From: Alloprevotella sp.
GTDB taxonomy: Bacteria > Actinomycetota > Coriobacteriia > Coriobacteriales > Atopobiaceae
Length of the DNA: 64,000 bases
NCBI GenBank assembly: GCA_963649365.1
Contig: CAVJHQ010000001.1
Location: 35,312 to 99,311 of the forward strand
Reading direction: 5' to 3'
Under the pieces are notes generated by a model. It was not told the origin of the DNA, searched no databases, and saw only the letters and a program-made list of their open reading frames with translations. Numbering within the stretch: the first letter of the stretch is position 1; each line of letters opens with the position of its first letter. Positions 31,634 through 40,829 of the stretch are shown piece by piece. Both the position numbers and the translations under genes were made by a program.

Positions 31634-32449
31634 ATGAACCCAGTCACGATTCTGCTCATCGTCATCGTTGCCTTCTTTGCCGGCATGGAGGGCATCCTCG
31701 ACGAGTTCGAGTTCCACCAGCCGCTGGTGGCCTGCACCCTGATCGGCCTTGTGTCCGGTCACCTTACCGAGGGCGTCATGCTGGGCGGCTCGCTCCAGCT
31801 CATGGCGCTCGGTTGGGCCAACATCGGCGCCGCCGTCGCCCCTGACGCCGCCCTCGCCTCTGTCGCGTCGGCCATCCTGATGGTCCTGGGCCTGAACGGC
31901 GCCACCGACTCGAGCACCGCCATCAACACCGCCATCGCCGTGGCCGTGCCGCTGTCCGTCGCGGGCCTCTTCCTCACGATGATCTGCCGCACGCTCGCCA
32001 CCGGCATCGCCCACATCATGGACGGAGCCGCCGAGAAGGGCGACTTCGGCGCCATCGAGCGTTGGCAGTACATCGCCATCGCCATGCAGGGCGTCCGCAT
32101 CGCGGTCCCGGCCGCGTTCCTCTGCTTCATCCCGTCCGACATCGTCACGAGCGCCCTCAACGCGATGCCCGCCTGGCTCTCCGGCGGCATGGCCGTCGGC
32201 GGCGGCATGGTCGCCGCGGTCGGCTACGCCATGGTCATCAACATGATGGCGACCAAGGAGGTCTGGCCGTTCTTCGTGCTCGGCTTCGTCCTGGCCGCCC
32301 TCTCCGAGCTCACCCTCATCGCGCTCGGCGCCATCGGCATCTCGCTCGCCCTTCTCTACCTCGGCCTCAAGGACCTGGCCAAGCAGGGCGGCGGCTCGGG
32401 CGGCGGCTCGGGCGACCCGCTCGGCGACATCCTGAACGACTACGAGTAG
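31634..32449 (+). CDS. manY: PTS mannose-family EIIC component
   Basis: HQPLVACTLIG, GWANIGAAVAPD, AVGYAMVINMM. Confidence 0.93.
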   Translation: MNPVTILLIVIVAFFAGMEGILDEFEFHQPLVACTLIGLVSGHLTEGVMLGGSLQLMALGWANIGAAVAPDAALASVASAILMVLGLNGATDSSTAINTAIAVAVPLSVAGLFLTMICRTLATGIAHIMDGAAEKGDFGAIERWQYIAIAMQGVRIAVPAAFLCFIPSDIVTSALNAMPAWLSGGMAVGGGMVAAVGYAMVINMMATKEVWPFFVLGFVLAALSELTLIALGAIGISLALLYLGLKDLAKQGGGSGGGSGDPLGDILNDYE

Positions 32450-32465
32450 GAAGGGAGCGATTCGA

Positions 32466-33386
32466 ATGGCAGAGAACAAAGTCACGCTTTCCAAGTCCGA
32501 CCGCCAGGCGGTCTGCTTCCGCCACCAGTTCCTCCAGGGCTCCTGGAACTACGAGCGCATGCAGAACGGCGGCTGGTGCTATTCCATGATCCCCGCGATC
32601 AAGAAGCTCTACAGCGATCCCGAGGACCAGAAGGCCGCCCTTAAGCGTCACCTCGAGTTCTACAACACCCACCCCTACGTCTCGGCCCCCGTCATCGGCG
32701 TCACGCTCGCCCTCGAGGAGGAGCGCGCCAACGGCGCCAAGGTCGACGACGTCGCCATCCAGGGCGTCAAGGTCGGCATGATGGGCCCGCTCGCCGGCGT
32801 CGGCGACCCCGTCTTCTGGTTCACCCTCCGCCCGATCCTGGGAGCCCTCGGCGCCTCGCTCGCGCTCTCCGGCAACCTCCTCGGCCCGATCCTCTTCTTC
32901 GTGCTGTGGAACGTCATCCGCGTCGCCTTCCTCTGGTACACCCAGGAGTTCGGCTACAAGGTGGGCTCCTCCATCGCCAAGGACCTCTCCGGCGGCCTGA
33001 TGGGCAAGGTCACCGAGGGCGCCTCCATCCTCGGCATGTTCATCATCGGCTCGCTGGTCGAGCGCTGGGTGTCCATCTCCTTCACCCCGGTCGTCTCGTC
33101 CGTCCAGCAGTCGGCCGGCGCCTTCATCGACTGGTCGAACCTCTCGGCCGGCTCCGAGGGCATCAAGGAGGCCCTCACCATGTACTCCTCGATCGGCGCC
33201 ACCGCGCTTGACGAGTACAAGGTCACCACGCTCCAGAGCAACCTCGACTCGCTCATCCCGGGCCTTGCCGCGGTGCTTCTCACCCTGCTGTGCTGCAAGC
33301 TCCTGAAGAAGAACGTGAGCCCGATCGCCATCATCCTCGCGCTCTTCGCGGTGGGCATCATCGGCCGCGTCGTCGGCTTCATGTAA
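32466..33386 (+). CDS. manZ: PTS mannose-family EIID component
   Basis: SWNYERMQN, RHLEFYNTHP, MMGPLAGVGD. Confidence 0.93.
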   Translation: MAENKVTLSKSDRQAVCFRHQFLQGSWNYERMQNGGWCYSMIPAIKKLYSDPEDQKAALKRHLEFYNTHPYVSAPVIGVTLALEEERANGAKVDDVAIQGVKVGMMGPLAGVGDPVFWFTLRPILGALGASLALSGNLLGPILFFVLWNVIRVAFLWYTQEFGYKVGSSIAKDLSGGLMGKVTEGASILGMFIIGSLVERWVSISFTPVVSSVQQSAGAFIDWSNLSAGSEGIKEALTMYSSIGATALDEYKVTTLQSNLDSLIPGLAAVLLTLLCCKLLKKNVSPIAIILALFAVGIIGRVVGFM

Positions 33387-33485
33387 GATGTTCGCCTAGC
33401 AGACGCTACGCGCACGGGCCGTACCCCGCCGCTGGGGTGCGGCCCGTCGTTGTATCCCCGGCAAATCCTAAGGAGCGCCCTTTTC

Positions 33486-33860
33486 ATGGCTCAATCCCAG
33501 AACACCAGGGTCGAGTACTCGTCCAAGGCGAGCTCGCTCAACGGCCTCACCTCCCGCGGAGACGTCATGATCGGCGACCGCGCCTTCGAGTTCTACAACG
33601 AGCGCAACGTCGAGGACTTCATCCAGATCCCGTGGGACCAGGTCGACTACGTTGCCGCCGAGGTCCTGCCGGGAAAGAAGATCGCCCGCTTCGCCGTCTT
33701 CACCAAGGACAACGGCCACTACAGCTTCAGCACGCGCGACAACAAGGCGGCGCTCAGGGCCGTCCGCGAGCACGTCCCGGCCGAGCGGCTCCAAAAGAGC
33801 CCGTCGCTTCTCGACGTCCTCAAGGCCGGTGTGCGGAGTCTGTTGCGTTTGGGGCGCTAG
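33486..33860 (+). CDS. DUF956 (ManO-like) protein
   Basis: MAQSQNT start, MIGDRAFEFYNERNVEDFIQIPW; directly after manZ. Confidence 0.85.
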   Translation: MAQSQNTRVEYSSKASSLNGLTSRGDVMIGDRAFEFYNERNVEDFIQIPWDQVDYVAAEVLPGKKIARFAVFTKDNGHYSFSTRDNKAALRAVREHVPAERLQKSPSLLDVLKAGVRSLLRLGR

Positions 33861-33933
33861 CCGGTCGGGTGCTATAATCTCGCAGATGTATGCAATGGGG
33901 CCCGATGGGGCCATGTGGAAAGAGAGTCGCTAG

Positions 33934-34500
33934 ATGCAGCAGATCAGCACCGCCGAGTTCAAGAACGGCATGGGCCTCAAGATCAAGGACAAGATCTTCA
34001 CCCTCGTCGAGTTCCAGCACGTCAAGCCGGGCAAGGGCGGCGCTTTCGTCCGCTACAAGATCAAGGACCTGCGCTCCGGCCGCGTCATCGGCGACCAGAC
34101 CTGCAACGCCGGCTCCAAGTTCGACTCCGTGATGCTCACCACCAAGGAGATGCAGTACCTCTACAACGACGGCGACCACTACTACTTCATGGACATGGAG
34201 ACCTACGACCAGATCCCCGTGCCCGTGGACTTCATCGGCGACAACGCCAAGTGGCTCAAGGAGAACGACACCTGCCTGCTCATGTACGCCGACGAGGACC
34301 TTCTCACCGTTCAGCCCCCGATGTTCATCGAGGTCGCCATCACCGAGACCGACCCCGGCTTCAAGGGCGACACCGTCCAGGGCGGCTCCAAGCCCGCGAC
34401 CGTCGAGACCGGCGCCGTCATCCAGGTTCCGCTGTACCTCAACGAGGGCGAGGTCATCAAGGTCGACACCCGCGAGGGCAAGTTCGTCTCCCGCGTCTAG
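33934..34500 (+). CDS. efp: Elongation factor P
   Basis: QHVKPGKGGAF, PGFKGDT, KPATVETG. Confidence 0.97.
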   Translation: MQQISTAEFKNGMGLKIKDKIFTLVEFQHVKPGKGGAFVRYKIKDLRSGRVIGDQTCNAGSKFDSVMLTTKEMQYLYNDGDHYYFMDMETYDQIPVPVDFIGDNAKWLKENDTCLLMYADEDLLTVQPPMFIEVAITETDPGFKGDTVQGGSKPATVETGAVIQVPLYLNEGEVIKVDTREGKFVSRV

Positions 34501-34569
34501 TTTCAGCGCGTTCCAGCATCCGCGCCGCCCCGCAGCAAGCGGGGCGGCCTACCGTCAGAGGGGGTAACC

Positions 34570-34932
34570 ATGGCAGAGAGCGAGCTCTCCGTCTCCGGCA
34601 TCGGCATCTCTAAGAGCGTGGTCTCGACCATCGTCAGCCTGGCCGCCAAGCGCGTTCCCGGCGTCGCTTCCGTTGGGGGCAACGACATCGCGTCGAGCCT
34701 GATCTCGGTCTTCACCAGCCGCACCGTCTCCCCGGAGGCCGCCGTCGAGTCCTTCGTCGAGGACGACGCCCTTCACGTTGTCGTGCACCTGGCCGTCTTC
34801 TACGGCTACCCCTTCACCAAGCTCGCCGCCGACGTGCGCGAGGCCGTGGCCCAGGCCGTGACCGAGCAGATCGGCGTCGACGCCGCGGCGGTGGACGTCT
34901 GCATCGACAGCCTCGTCTTCCCGAAGGAGTAG
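34570..34932 (+). CDS. Asp23/Gls24 family envelope stress protein
   Basis: I...V..I..LAA..VPGV and V.YG motifs; position between efp and nusB. Confidence 0.82.
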   Translation: MAESELSVSGIGISKSVVSTIVSLAAKRVPGVASVGGNDIASSLISVFTSRTVSPEAAVESFVEDDALHVVVHLAVFYGYPFTKLAADVREAVAQAVTEQIGVDAAAVDVCIDSLVFPKE

Positions 34933-34933
34933 C

Positions 34934-35572
34934 GTGGCAGTTCGATTCGGAGGGCGCACGCGCGCCCGCAGCCAGGCGCTGCAGCTCATGTTCCAGGCCG
35001 AGGCGGCCGGCCGCACCGTGCCCGAGGTCCTCGAGGGCGAGTACGCGCTCGACAACGGGCCCCTGCGCGAGTTCGGTCGCGAGCTCGCCGTCGGGTGCGA
35101 CGGGGTCCGCCACGACCTCGACGCCATCATCGCCACGAGGTCGAAGGAGTGGTCCATCAACCGCATGCCCTCGGTCGACCGCAATCTCCTGCGCCTCTCG
35201 CTCTACGAGATGATCTATGTCCCCGAGGTCGACGTCCCCGTCGCCATCAACGAGGTCGTCGAGCTTGCCAAGGCTTACGGCACCGACGAGTCCGCGCGCT
35301 TCATCAACGGCGTTCTCGGCCGCGTCGCCGACGACATCGAGGCCGGCGTCGACGTGGTCGCGCGCGCCCATGAGGACCTGGCTGCCCGCGGCGAGTCTTC
35401 CGCCGACGTCCAGTACGCCCTCGAGGGCGGCAAGAACGACGTTTGGGAGGAGCCGGAGGAGGACTTCGAGCCGCTGCCGTTCGGCGCCGGCATGGAGGAC
35501 GAGCTTACCGGCGGCATCTGGTATGTCGAGGGCCCCGGCACCATCGAGAACGACGACGAGGAAGACTGGTAA
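34934..35572 (+). CDS. nusB: Transcription antitermination factor NusB with acidic C-terminal tail
   Basis: RTRARSQALQ, WSINRMPSVDRNLLR, VAINEVVELAKAYG, FINGVL. Confidence 0.93.
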   Translation: MAVRFGGRTRARSQALQLMFQAEAAGRTVPEVLEGEYALDNGPLREFGRELAVGCDGVRHDLDAIIATRSKEWSINRMPSVDRNLLRLSLYEMIYVPEVDVPVAINEVVELAKAYGTDESARFINGVLGRVADDIEAGVDVVARAHEDLAARGESSADVQYALEGGKNDVWEEPEEDFEPLPFGAGMEDELTGGIWYVEGPGTIENDDEEDW

Positions 35573-35889
35573 TGGCCCGGGTCGACACCTCGAAGTACCA
35601 GACCTTCCCCCAGATCACCGAGCGCCTCGACGACATCGTGGCGCAGGTGCGCGACAAGGACATCTCGCTCGAGCGCTCGCTCGACCTCTTCGACGAGGCC
35701 ATCGCGCTCGGGTCCAAGGCCGTCGATATGGTCGACGCCACGGACTTCTCGCCCGAGGAGGCGGCGCAGCTCGAAGAGCAGGCCGAGGCCAAGGGCGGGC
35801 AGGACGGCGAGGCCGACGGCGCCGACTCGGCCGTCCGTGCCGAGGACGGCGACGGCCTCGAGGCCGCCGCGACCAAGGAAAACGAATAG
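35572..35889 (+). CDS. xseB: Exodeoxyribonuclease VII small subunit
   Basis: RLDDIV..ISLERSLDLFDEAIAL; TAATG overlap with nusB. Confidence 0.8.
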   Translation: MARVDTSKYQTFPQITERLDDIVAQVRDKDISLERSLDLFDEAIALGSKAVDMVDATDFSPEEAAQLEEQAEAKGGQDGEADGADSAVRAEDGDGLEAAATKENE

Positions 35890-36620
35890 TGGCCAAGAAG
35901 CGCCGCCTCGACGAGGAGCTCGTCGAGCAGGGTTTCTTCGCAAGCAAAGACGAGGCCTTGCGCGCCGTGATGGCGGGCGAGGTCTCGACTTCTGACCGTC
36001 GGATGACCTCGGCGGGCGAGCGCGTGGCCGCCGGCATCCCGCTGCACGTGCGCGGCCGCGGCGCGTTCGTGAGCCGAGGCGGCCTCAAGCTCGAGCGGGG
36101 CCTCGAGCGCTTCGGCGTCGACCCCTCCGGCCTTGACTGCCTCGACGTCGGCTGCTCCACGGGCGGCTTCACCGACTGCCTGCTGCGGCACGGCGCGGCC
36201 CGCGTGATCTCCGTCGACGTCGGCTACGCGCAGTTCGACTGGGGCCTTAGGCAAGACGGGCGCGTGCGGCTCCTCGAGCGCACGAACATCGTCGACGTCC
36301 CCGGCATCGTCGGCGCGGGATGCGTCGACCTCGCGGTCTGCGACGTGTCGTTCACCTCGGTGACGAGCGTGCTGCCCGCCGTGTTGGAGCTCCTGCGCCC
36401 GGACGGCGCGTTTCTCACCCTGGTCAAGCCGCAGTTCGAGGCCCCGCGCGAGGACGTGGGGGCCGGCGGAGTCGTCCGCGACCAGGCCGTGCGCGACGCG
36501 GCGGTCGCTCGCGTTCGCGCGGCCTTCGAGGAGCGCGGGCTCACGGTCGAGGGCGTCTGCGAGAGCCCCATCCACGGCGCCAAGGGCAACGTCGAGTATC
36601 TTCTCCTCGGCATCCGCTGA
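35889..36620 (+). CDS. tlyA: TlyA-family rRNA 2'-O-methyltransferase
   Basis: RLD, FVSRGGLKL, DVGCSTGGFTD, DVSF, LVKPQFE, GNVEY. Confidence 0.93.
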   Translation: MAKKRRLDEELVEQGFFASKDEALRAVMAGEVSTSDRRMTSAGERVAAGIPLHVRGRGAFVSRGGLKLERGLERFGVDPSGLDCLDVGCSTGGFTDCLLRHGAARVISVDVGYAQFDWGLRQDGRVRLLERTNIVDVPGIVGAGCVDLAVCDVSFTSVTSVLPAVLELLRPDGAFLTLVKPQFEAPREDVGAGGVVRDQAVRDAAVARVRAAFEERGLTVEGVCESPIHGAKGNVEYLLLGIR

Positions 36621-36631
36621 CCTGTTTCCCC

Positions 36632-36764
36632 AAGTTCGGAAGGCTTCCAAACTCGCGCGGCGTTCTGGCCCGCGGTGTCTCGGGCCTTTTACCTGCGGAT
36701 ATAGAGAAATGAACTAAGTTCTGCAAGCTCCCCGAAGTTTGGAAGCCTTCCGAACTTCGGGGAG
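36632..36764. repeat. REP/MITE-like element: 22-bp perfect inverted repeats around an 82-bp spacer
   Basis: aagttcggaaggcttccaaact (36632-36653) and agtttggaagccttccgaactt (36736-36757); the right copy lies in a 17-bp hairpin at 36728-36764. Confidence 0.8.
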
Positions 36765-36826
36765 GGGCGGCGACGGGGCGGGTGATAGAATCGAACAAGG
36801 ATTCCAAACCTGAGGAGCGATGCCGC

Positions 36827-37681
36827 GTGAAGGTGCTCATTGTCCCCAACTATTCCCGGGAGCCCGCCGTCGAGGATGCCCGGAAGCTCGATTCCTGGCT
36901 CGATGACCAGGGGATCGAGGCCAAGTGGGCCCACGACCAGAAGCTGTTTCCCAACCGCATGACCGATGCCTCGGACTGCGGCCTGGTGGTCTCTCTCGGC
37001 GGCGACGGCACGCTGCTGCGCGCCGCCCGCATCGTCGGCTACGCCGGCGTCCCCATCCTCGGCATCTCCTACGGCCACCTCGGCTTCCTTACCTGCGCGG
37101 GTCCCGAGGGCCTGCTGAGCACGGTCGAGGACGCGCTGGCGGGCGAGCTTCACATGAGCCACCGCGCCACGCTCGACGTCGAGTCCGAGTTCCTGCGCCC
37201 CGACGGCTCCACGTACACGGTCCACAGCTTCTCGCTCAACGACTTCGCCGTCTCGCGCGGCGGCCGCGGCGACATGGTCGAGTTCGACGTCTCCGTGTCC
37301 GGCAAGAAGATCGACCGGCTGCGCGGCGACGGCTTCGTCGTCTCCACCGCCACGGGCTCCACGGGCTATGCGCTCGCCGCCGGCGGGCCTATCGTCACCC
37401 CGGAGTTCACGGGCATGGTCTGCGTGCCCATCGCGCCGCACAAGATCATGGCGCGCGCCTTCCTCACGGCGCCCTCCGACGTGGTGGAGATCGTCATGAG
37501 CCCCGAGCGCCCGGTCGAGCGCCGCTTCTTCGCCGACGGGCAGCCCGTGGGGCCCGGCGACGCCGGATGGGCCAGCTGCGCCCGGATCCGCCGCGGGCCC
37601 GGGGACGTGATCTTGCTCGAGCGGAGCGCCCAGAGCTTCTACGACTCCGTCTCGCGCGTGTTCTACGGGGCGGGAAGGTAA
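36827..37681 (+). CDS. nadK: NAD(+) kinase
   Basis: GGDGTLL, GHLGFL, ND, DG.VVSTATGSTGYALAAGGP; GTG after GAGGAG. Confidence 0.93.
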   Translation: MKVLIVPNYSREPAVEDARKLDSWLDDQGIEAKWAHDQKLFPNRMTDASDCGLVVSLGGDGTLLRAARIVGYAGVPILGISYGHLGFLTCAGPEGLLSTVEDALAGELHMSHRATLDVESEFLRPDGSTYTVHSFSLNDFAVSRGGRGDMVEFDVSVSGKKIDRLRGDGFVVSTATGSTGYALAAGGPIVTPEFTGMVCVPIAPHKIMARAFLTAPSDVVEIVMSPERPVERRFFADGQPVGPGDAGWASCARIRRGPGDVILLERSAQSFYDSVSRVFYGAGR

Positions 37682-37684
37682 TCC

Positions 37685-39313
37685 ATGATCGACGAGCTCC
37701 AGGTACGCGACGTCGCTCTCATTCGCGAGGCGAGCCTCGCCCCCTCCGCCGGACTCACGGTCCTCACGGGCGAGACGGGCGCCGGCAAGTCCGCGCTGCT
37801 CTCGTCCATAAAGCTGCTGGTGGGGGAGCGCGCCGACGCGGGCGCCGTCCGGGAAGGCAGCGACGGCCTGCAGGTCACGGGCCGTTTCTTCCTGCGCTCG
37901 GGCGACCCCGACGGCGTCGTGGTCGAGCGCAGGGTAGGCGCCGACGGCCGTGGCCGCGTCAAGGTCGACGGCAGGGTGGCCTCGGTCCGCGAGCTCGCCG
38001 AGGGCGTGGGCGGCAGCGTCGACCTCTGCGGGCAGCACGAGCACCAGCGGCTGCTCCAGGTGCAGACGCACGTCGAGCTCCTCGACGCCTGGGCGGGCAT
38101 CGGCGTGGCCCGGCCCCTGGAGGCGTACCGCGCGGCCCTCGACGACGCCCGGCGCGCTTCCGAGGAGCTTGCCCGCGCGCGCGAGCTCTCGCAGGCGAGC
38201 GCCGAGGCCCTCGAGGAGGCGCAGTTCGTGCTCGGCCGCATCGAGGCGGTCGACCCCAAGGAAGGCGAGCTCGAGGAACTCGAGGAGAAGCTCCCGAGGG
38301 CCGAGCACGCCGACGCGCTCATGCGGTCCGCCCAGACCGCCCGCCGCGCGCTCTCCTCGGAGGGCGGCGCCGTGGACTCGATCCGCGAGGCCATCTCGGA
38401 GATGGAGGACGCGTCGCGTTACGACGAGGGCGTCTCGACCCACGTGCAGGTGCTGAGAAGCGCCCTGCTCGACCTCGAGGACGTGGCCTCGGAGCTGCGC
38501 GACTACGCCGACGGCCTTGATTTCGACCCCGAGGGGCTCGAGCGCATGCAGTCCCGTCGCGGGGAGCTCAGGGGGCTTCTGCGCAGCTACGGGCCGGGCA
38601 TGGCCGACGTCCTCGCCCGCCGCGACCGCGCGCGCGAGGTGGTGGATGCCGCGTCGGACGGCGGCGCCGCCCTGCGCCGGGCGAAGAAGGCCGCCGAGGC
38701 GGCCGAGGCCCGCCTGGCGACCGCCGCGGACGCCCTCGACGCCGCCCGCGCCGACGCGGCCCCGGCCTTCTCCGACCAGGTGAGCGCCCAGATGGCCCGC
38801 CTCGAGATGGGCACCGCCGCCCTTGAGGTCCAGGCCACGCGCCTGCCCCGGGCCGAGTGGTCGCGCCGCGGGCCCTCGCGCGTCGAGTTCCTGTACCGCC
38901 CCGGGGCCGGGCTGACGGCGCGTCCGCTGCGGCGGATCGCGTCGGGCGGCGAGGTGAGCCGCGTCATGCTCGCGCTCAAGGTCGTCCTCGGCGAGTCGGA
39001 CGCGGCCGAGACGCTCGTCTTCGACGAGGTCGACGCGGGCGTCGGCGGGGCCACCGCGGTCGCGCTCGCCTCGGTCCTCGCCGACCTTGCCCGGACGCAC
39101 CAGGTCATCGTCGTCACGCACCTGGCCCAGGTCGCCGTGGCGGCCGACACGCACTACCTGGTGAGCAAGACGCAGGGCGACGCGCCCGAGACGACGCTCC
39201 GCCTCATCAAGGGCGACGAGCGGGTGCGCGAGGTGGCGCGCATGCTCAGCGGGGATACCGGCGAGGCCTCGCTCGCGCACGCCCGCGAGCTTCTTTCCGG
39301 TGCCAAGGGATAG
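37685..39313 (+). CDS. recN: DNA repair protein RecN
   Basis: TGETGAGKS, GQHEHQ, coiled coil, ASGGE.SR, FDEVDAGVGG, VTHLAQVA. Confidence 0.95.
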   Translation: MIDELQVRDVALIREASLAPSAGLTVLTGETGAGKSALLSSIKLLVGERADAGAVREGSDGLQVTGRFFLRSGDPDGVVVERRVGADGRGRVKVDGRVASVRELAEGVGGSVDLCGQHEHQRLLQVQTHVELLDAWAGIGVARPLEAYRAALDDARRASEELARARELSQASAEALEEAQFVLGRIEAVDPKEGELEELEEKLPRAEHADALMRSAQTARRALSSEGGAVDSIREAISEMEDASRYDEGVSTHVQVLRSALLDLEDVASELRDYADGLDFDPEGLERMQSRRGELRGLLRSYGPGMADVLARRDRAREVVDAASDGGAALRRAKKAAEAAEARLATAADALDAARADAAPAFSDQVSAQMARLEMGTAALEVQATRLPRAEWSRRGPSRVEFLYRPGAGLTARPLRRIASGGEVSRVMLALKVVLGESDAAETLVFDEVDAGVGGATAVALASVLADLARTHQVIVVTHLAQVAVAADTHYLVSKTQGDAPETTLRLIKGDERVREVARMLSGDTGEASLAHARELLSGAKG

Positions 39314-39341
39314 TTCCAGCGTCAAAGGATAGGGGAGACAC

Positions 39342-40283
39342 ATGGCAGCGAACAGCAACCGTAACCGTCAGGGCGCCCAAGGGCGCGGCAAGGACCGCCG
39401 CGAGGCCGCGGCGGCGCGCGCCCGGCGCCACATCGCCGACGTCGAGGGACGCTTCGGCTCGGAGATCGCGGCCTCGGTGGCGTCGCTGCGCGTCTACGAC
39501 TCGATGCCCTCGCCCAAGGTCGAGGAGCCGTGCGTCCCTCGCGTCTCCGTGGTCGACGAGGACTCCGTGACGGCTGTCCTCTCGCGCGGGCGCGGCCTCG
39601 CCTCCGCCTGCGACCTCGCGGTTCTCGACTTCGCGAGCTTCACGAGCGCGGGCGGCGGCTACGCGCGCGGCGCCTGGGCCCAGGAGGAGGCCCTCTGCGC
39701 CGAGTCGACCCTCTACCCGGCGCTCGCCTCGCAGGCCGCCTGGTACGCCGATAACCGCCGCCGCAACATCAACTGCTCGCTGTACCGCAACCGCGGCCTC
39801 GTCGTTCCGCGCGTGCGCTTCGAGCGCGAGAAGTACCACAGCTATGCGGACGTCATCGTCGTCGCGGCCCCCTTCGCCCGCTCCGCGCGCGACGAGTACC
39901 GCGTCTCGGAGGAGGCGCTCGAGGCCGCCATGCGCGACCGGATCCGCTTCGTGCTCGCCGTCGCCGACGACCTCGGCCACAAGAAGCTCGTGCTCGGGGC
40001 TTTCGGCTGCGGCGTCTTCGGCTGGGACGCCGAGGTCGTCGCCCGGATGTTCCGCGAGGAGCTGGCGAGCGGCTCCCACGCCGCGTCCGAGGTCGTCTTC
40101 GCCGTCCCGCGCGGCCGGCGAGACGAGAACCTCGAGCATTTCGAGCACGCCTTCGCGGCCTTTCCCGAGGCGAATCCCGAGCCCTACGTGAGCCGTGCCG
40201 AGCGCGCCGCCTCCGCCGCGGCGAGCGCGGCCGCCGCGGCGGAGGACGACGCCGACGACGATGACTGGCGGAAGTACCTCTAG
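39342..40283 (+). CDS. TIGR02452/DUF2263 bacterial-type poly(ADP-ribose) glycohydrolase-like macrodomain
   Basis: LDFAS..GGGYARGAWAQEEALC and VLGAFGCGVF signature motifs. Confidence 0.85.
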   Translation: MAANSNRNRQGAQGRGKDRREAAAARARRHIADVEGRFGSEIAASVASLRVYDSMPSPKVEEPCVPRVSVVDEDSVTAVLSRGRGLASACDLAVLDFASFTSAGGGYARGAWAQEEALCAESTLYPALASQAAWYADNRRRNINCSLYRNRGLVVPRVRFEREKYHSYADVIVVAAPFARSARDEYRVSEEALEAAMRDRIRFVLAVADDLGHKKLVLGAFGCGVFGWDAEVVARMFREELASGSHAASEVVFAVPRGRRDENLEHFEHAFAAFPEANPEPYVSRAERAASAAASAAAAAEDDADDDDWRKYL

Positions 40284-40363
40284 CCGGCGCGCGCGAAGAG
40301 ACGCCCGTCCTTGAGTTGGATGCGCGGCGCAGGCCCAAGGCGCGGCCTGCGCCGTTCTTTCTC

Positions 40364-40393
40364 TTGAATGAATACCCCTCAGGGGTATATAGT
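40364..40393 (+). promoter_or_regulatory. Sigma70-type promoter with an embedded CsoR-type operator
   Basis: -35 ttgaat (40364), palindrome atacccct-c-aggggtat (40372-40388), -10 tatagt (40388). Confidence 0.8.
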
Positions 40394-40427
40394 TCAAGAC
40401 GTTTAGCTTAAGGAGAAGGGACTTTCC

Positions 40428-40829
40428 ATGGGCATCGATATCGTCGTGGTCGCGGTCGTCGTCGCGGTCGTCGCGGTGGCCGCCGTGCGCATCTTCGGCA
40501 TCGCCTCCGGCAAGCGCGACTGCTGCTCCGGGGACTCGCTCGCCGCCGACGCCCCTGCGAGCGCGGGCTTCGCTGCGGCCCACGTCGAGGACACCGACCC
40601 CGCGCACTACCCCTACGCCGCCGAGCTGTCCGTCGGGGGCATGAGCTGCGAGCACTGCGTCGCGGCCGTCAAGAACGCGCTCGAGTCCATCGAGGGCAAC
40701 TGGGCAGAGGTCACGCTGGCGGGCGGCAGGGTCGTCCTCCGCGCGAAGAAGCCCGTCGACGAGGCGGCCCTCCGCGAGGCCGTGGAGCGCGCCGGCTACC
40801 GCGTCCTCTCCTGCGCCGTGAGCAAGTAA
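40428..40829 (+). CDS. Membrane-anchored heavy-metal-associated (CopZ-like) protein
   Basis: N-terminal TM helix, RDCC pair, GMSCEHC HMA motif. Confidence 0.85.
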   Translation: MGIDIVVVAVVVAVVAVAAVRIFGIASGKRDCCSGDSLAADAPASAGFAAAHVEDTDPAHYPYAAELSVGGMSCEHCVAAVKNALESIEGNWAEVTLAGGRVVLRAKKPVDEAALREAVERAGYRVLSCAVSK

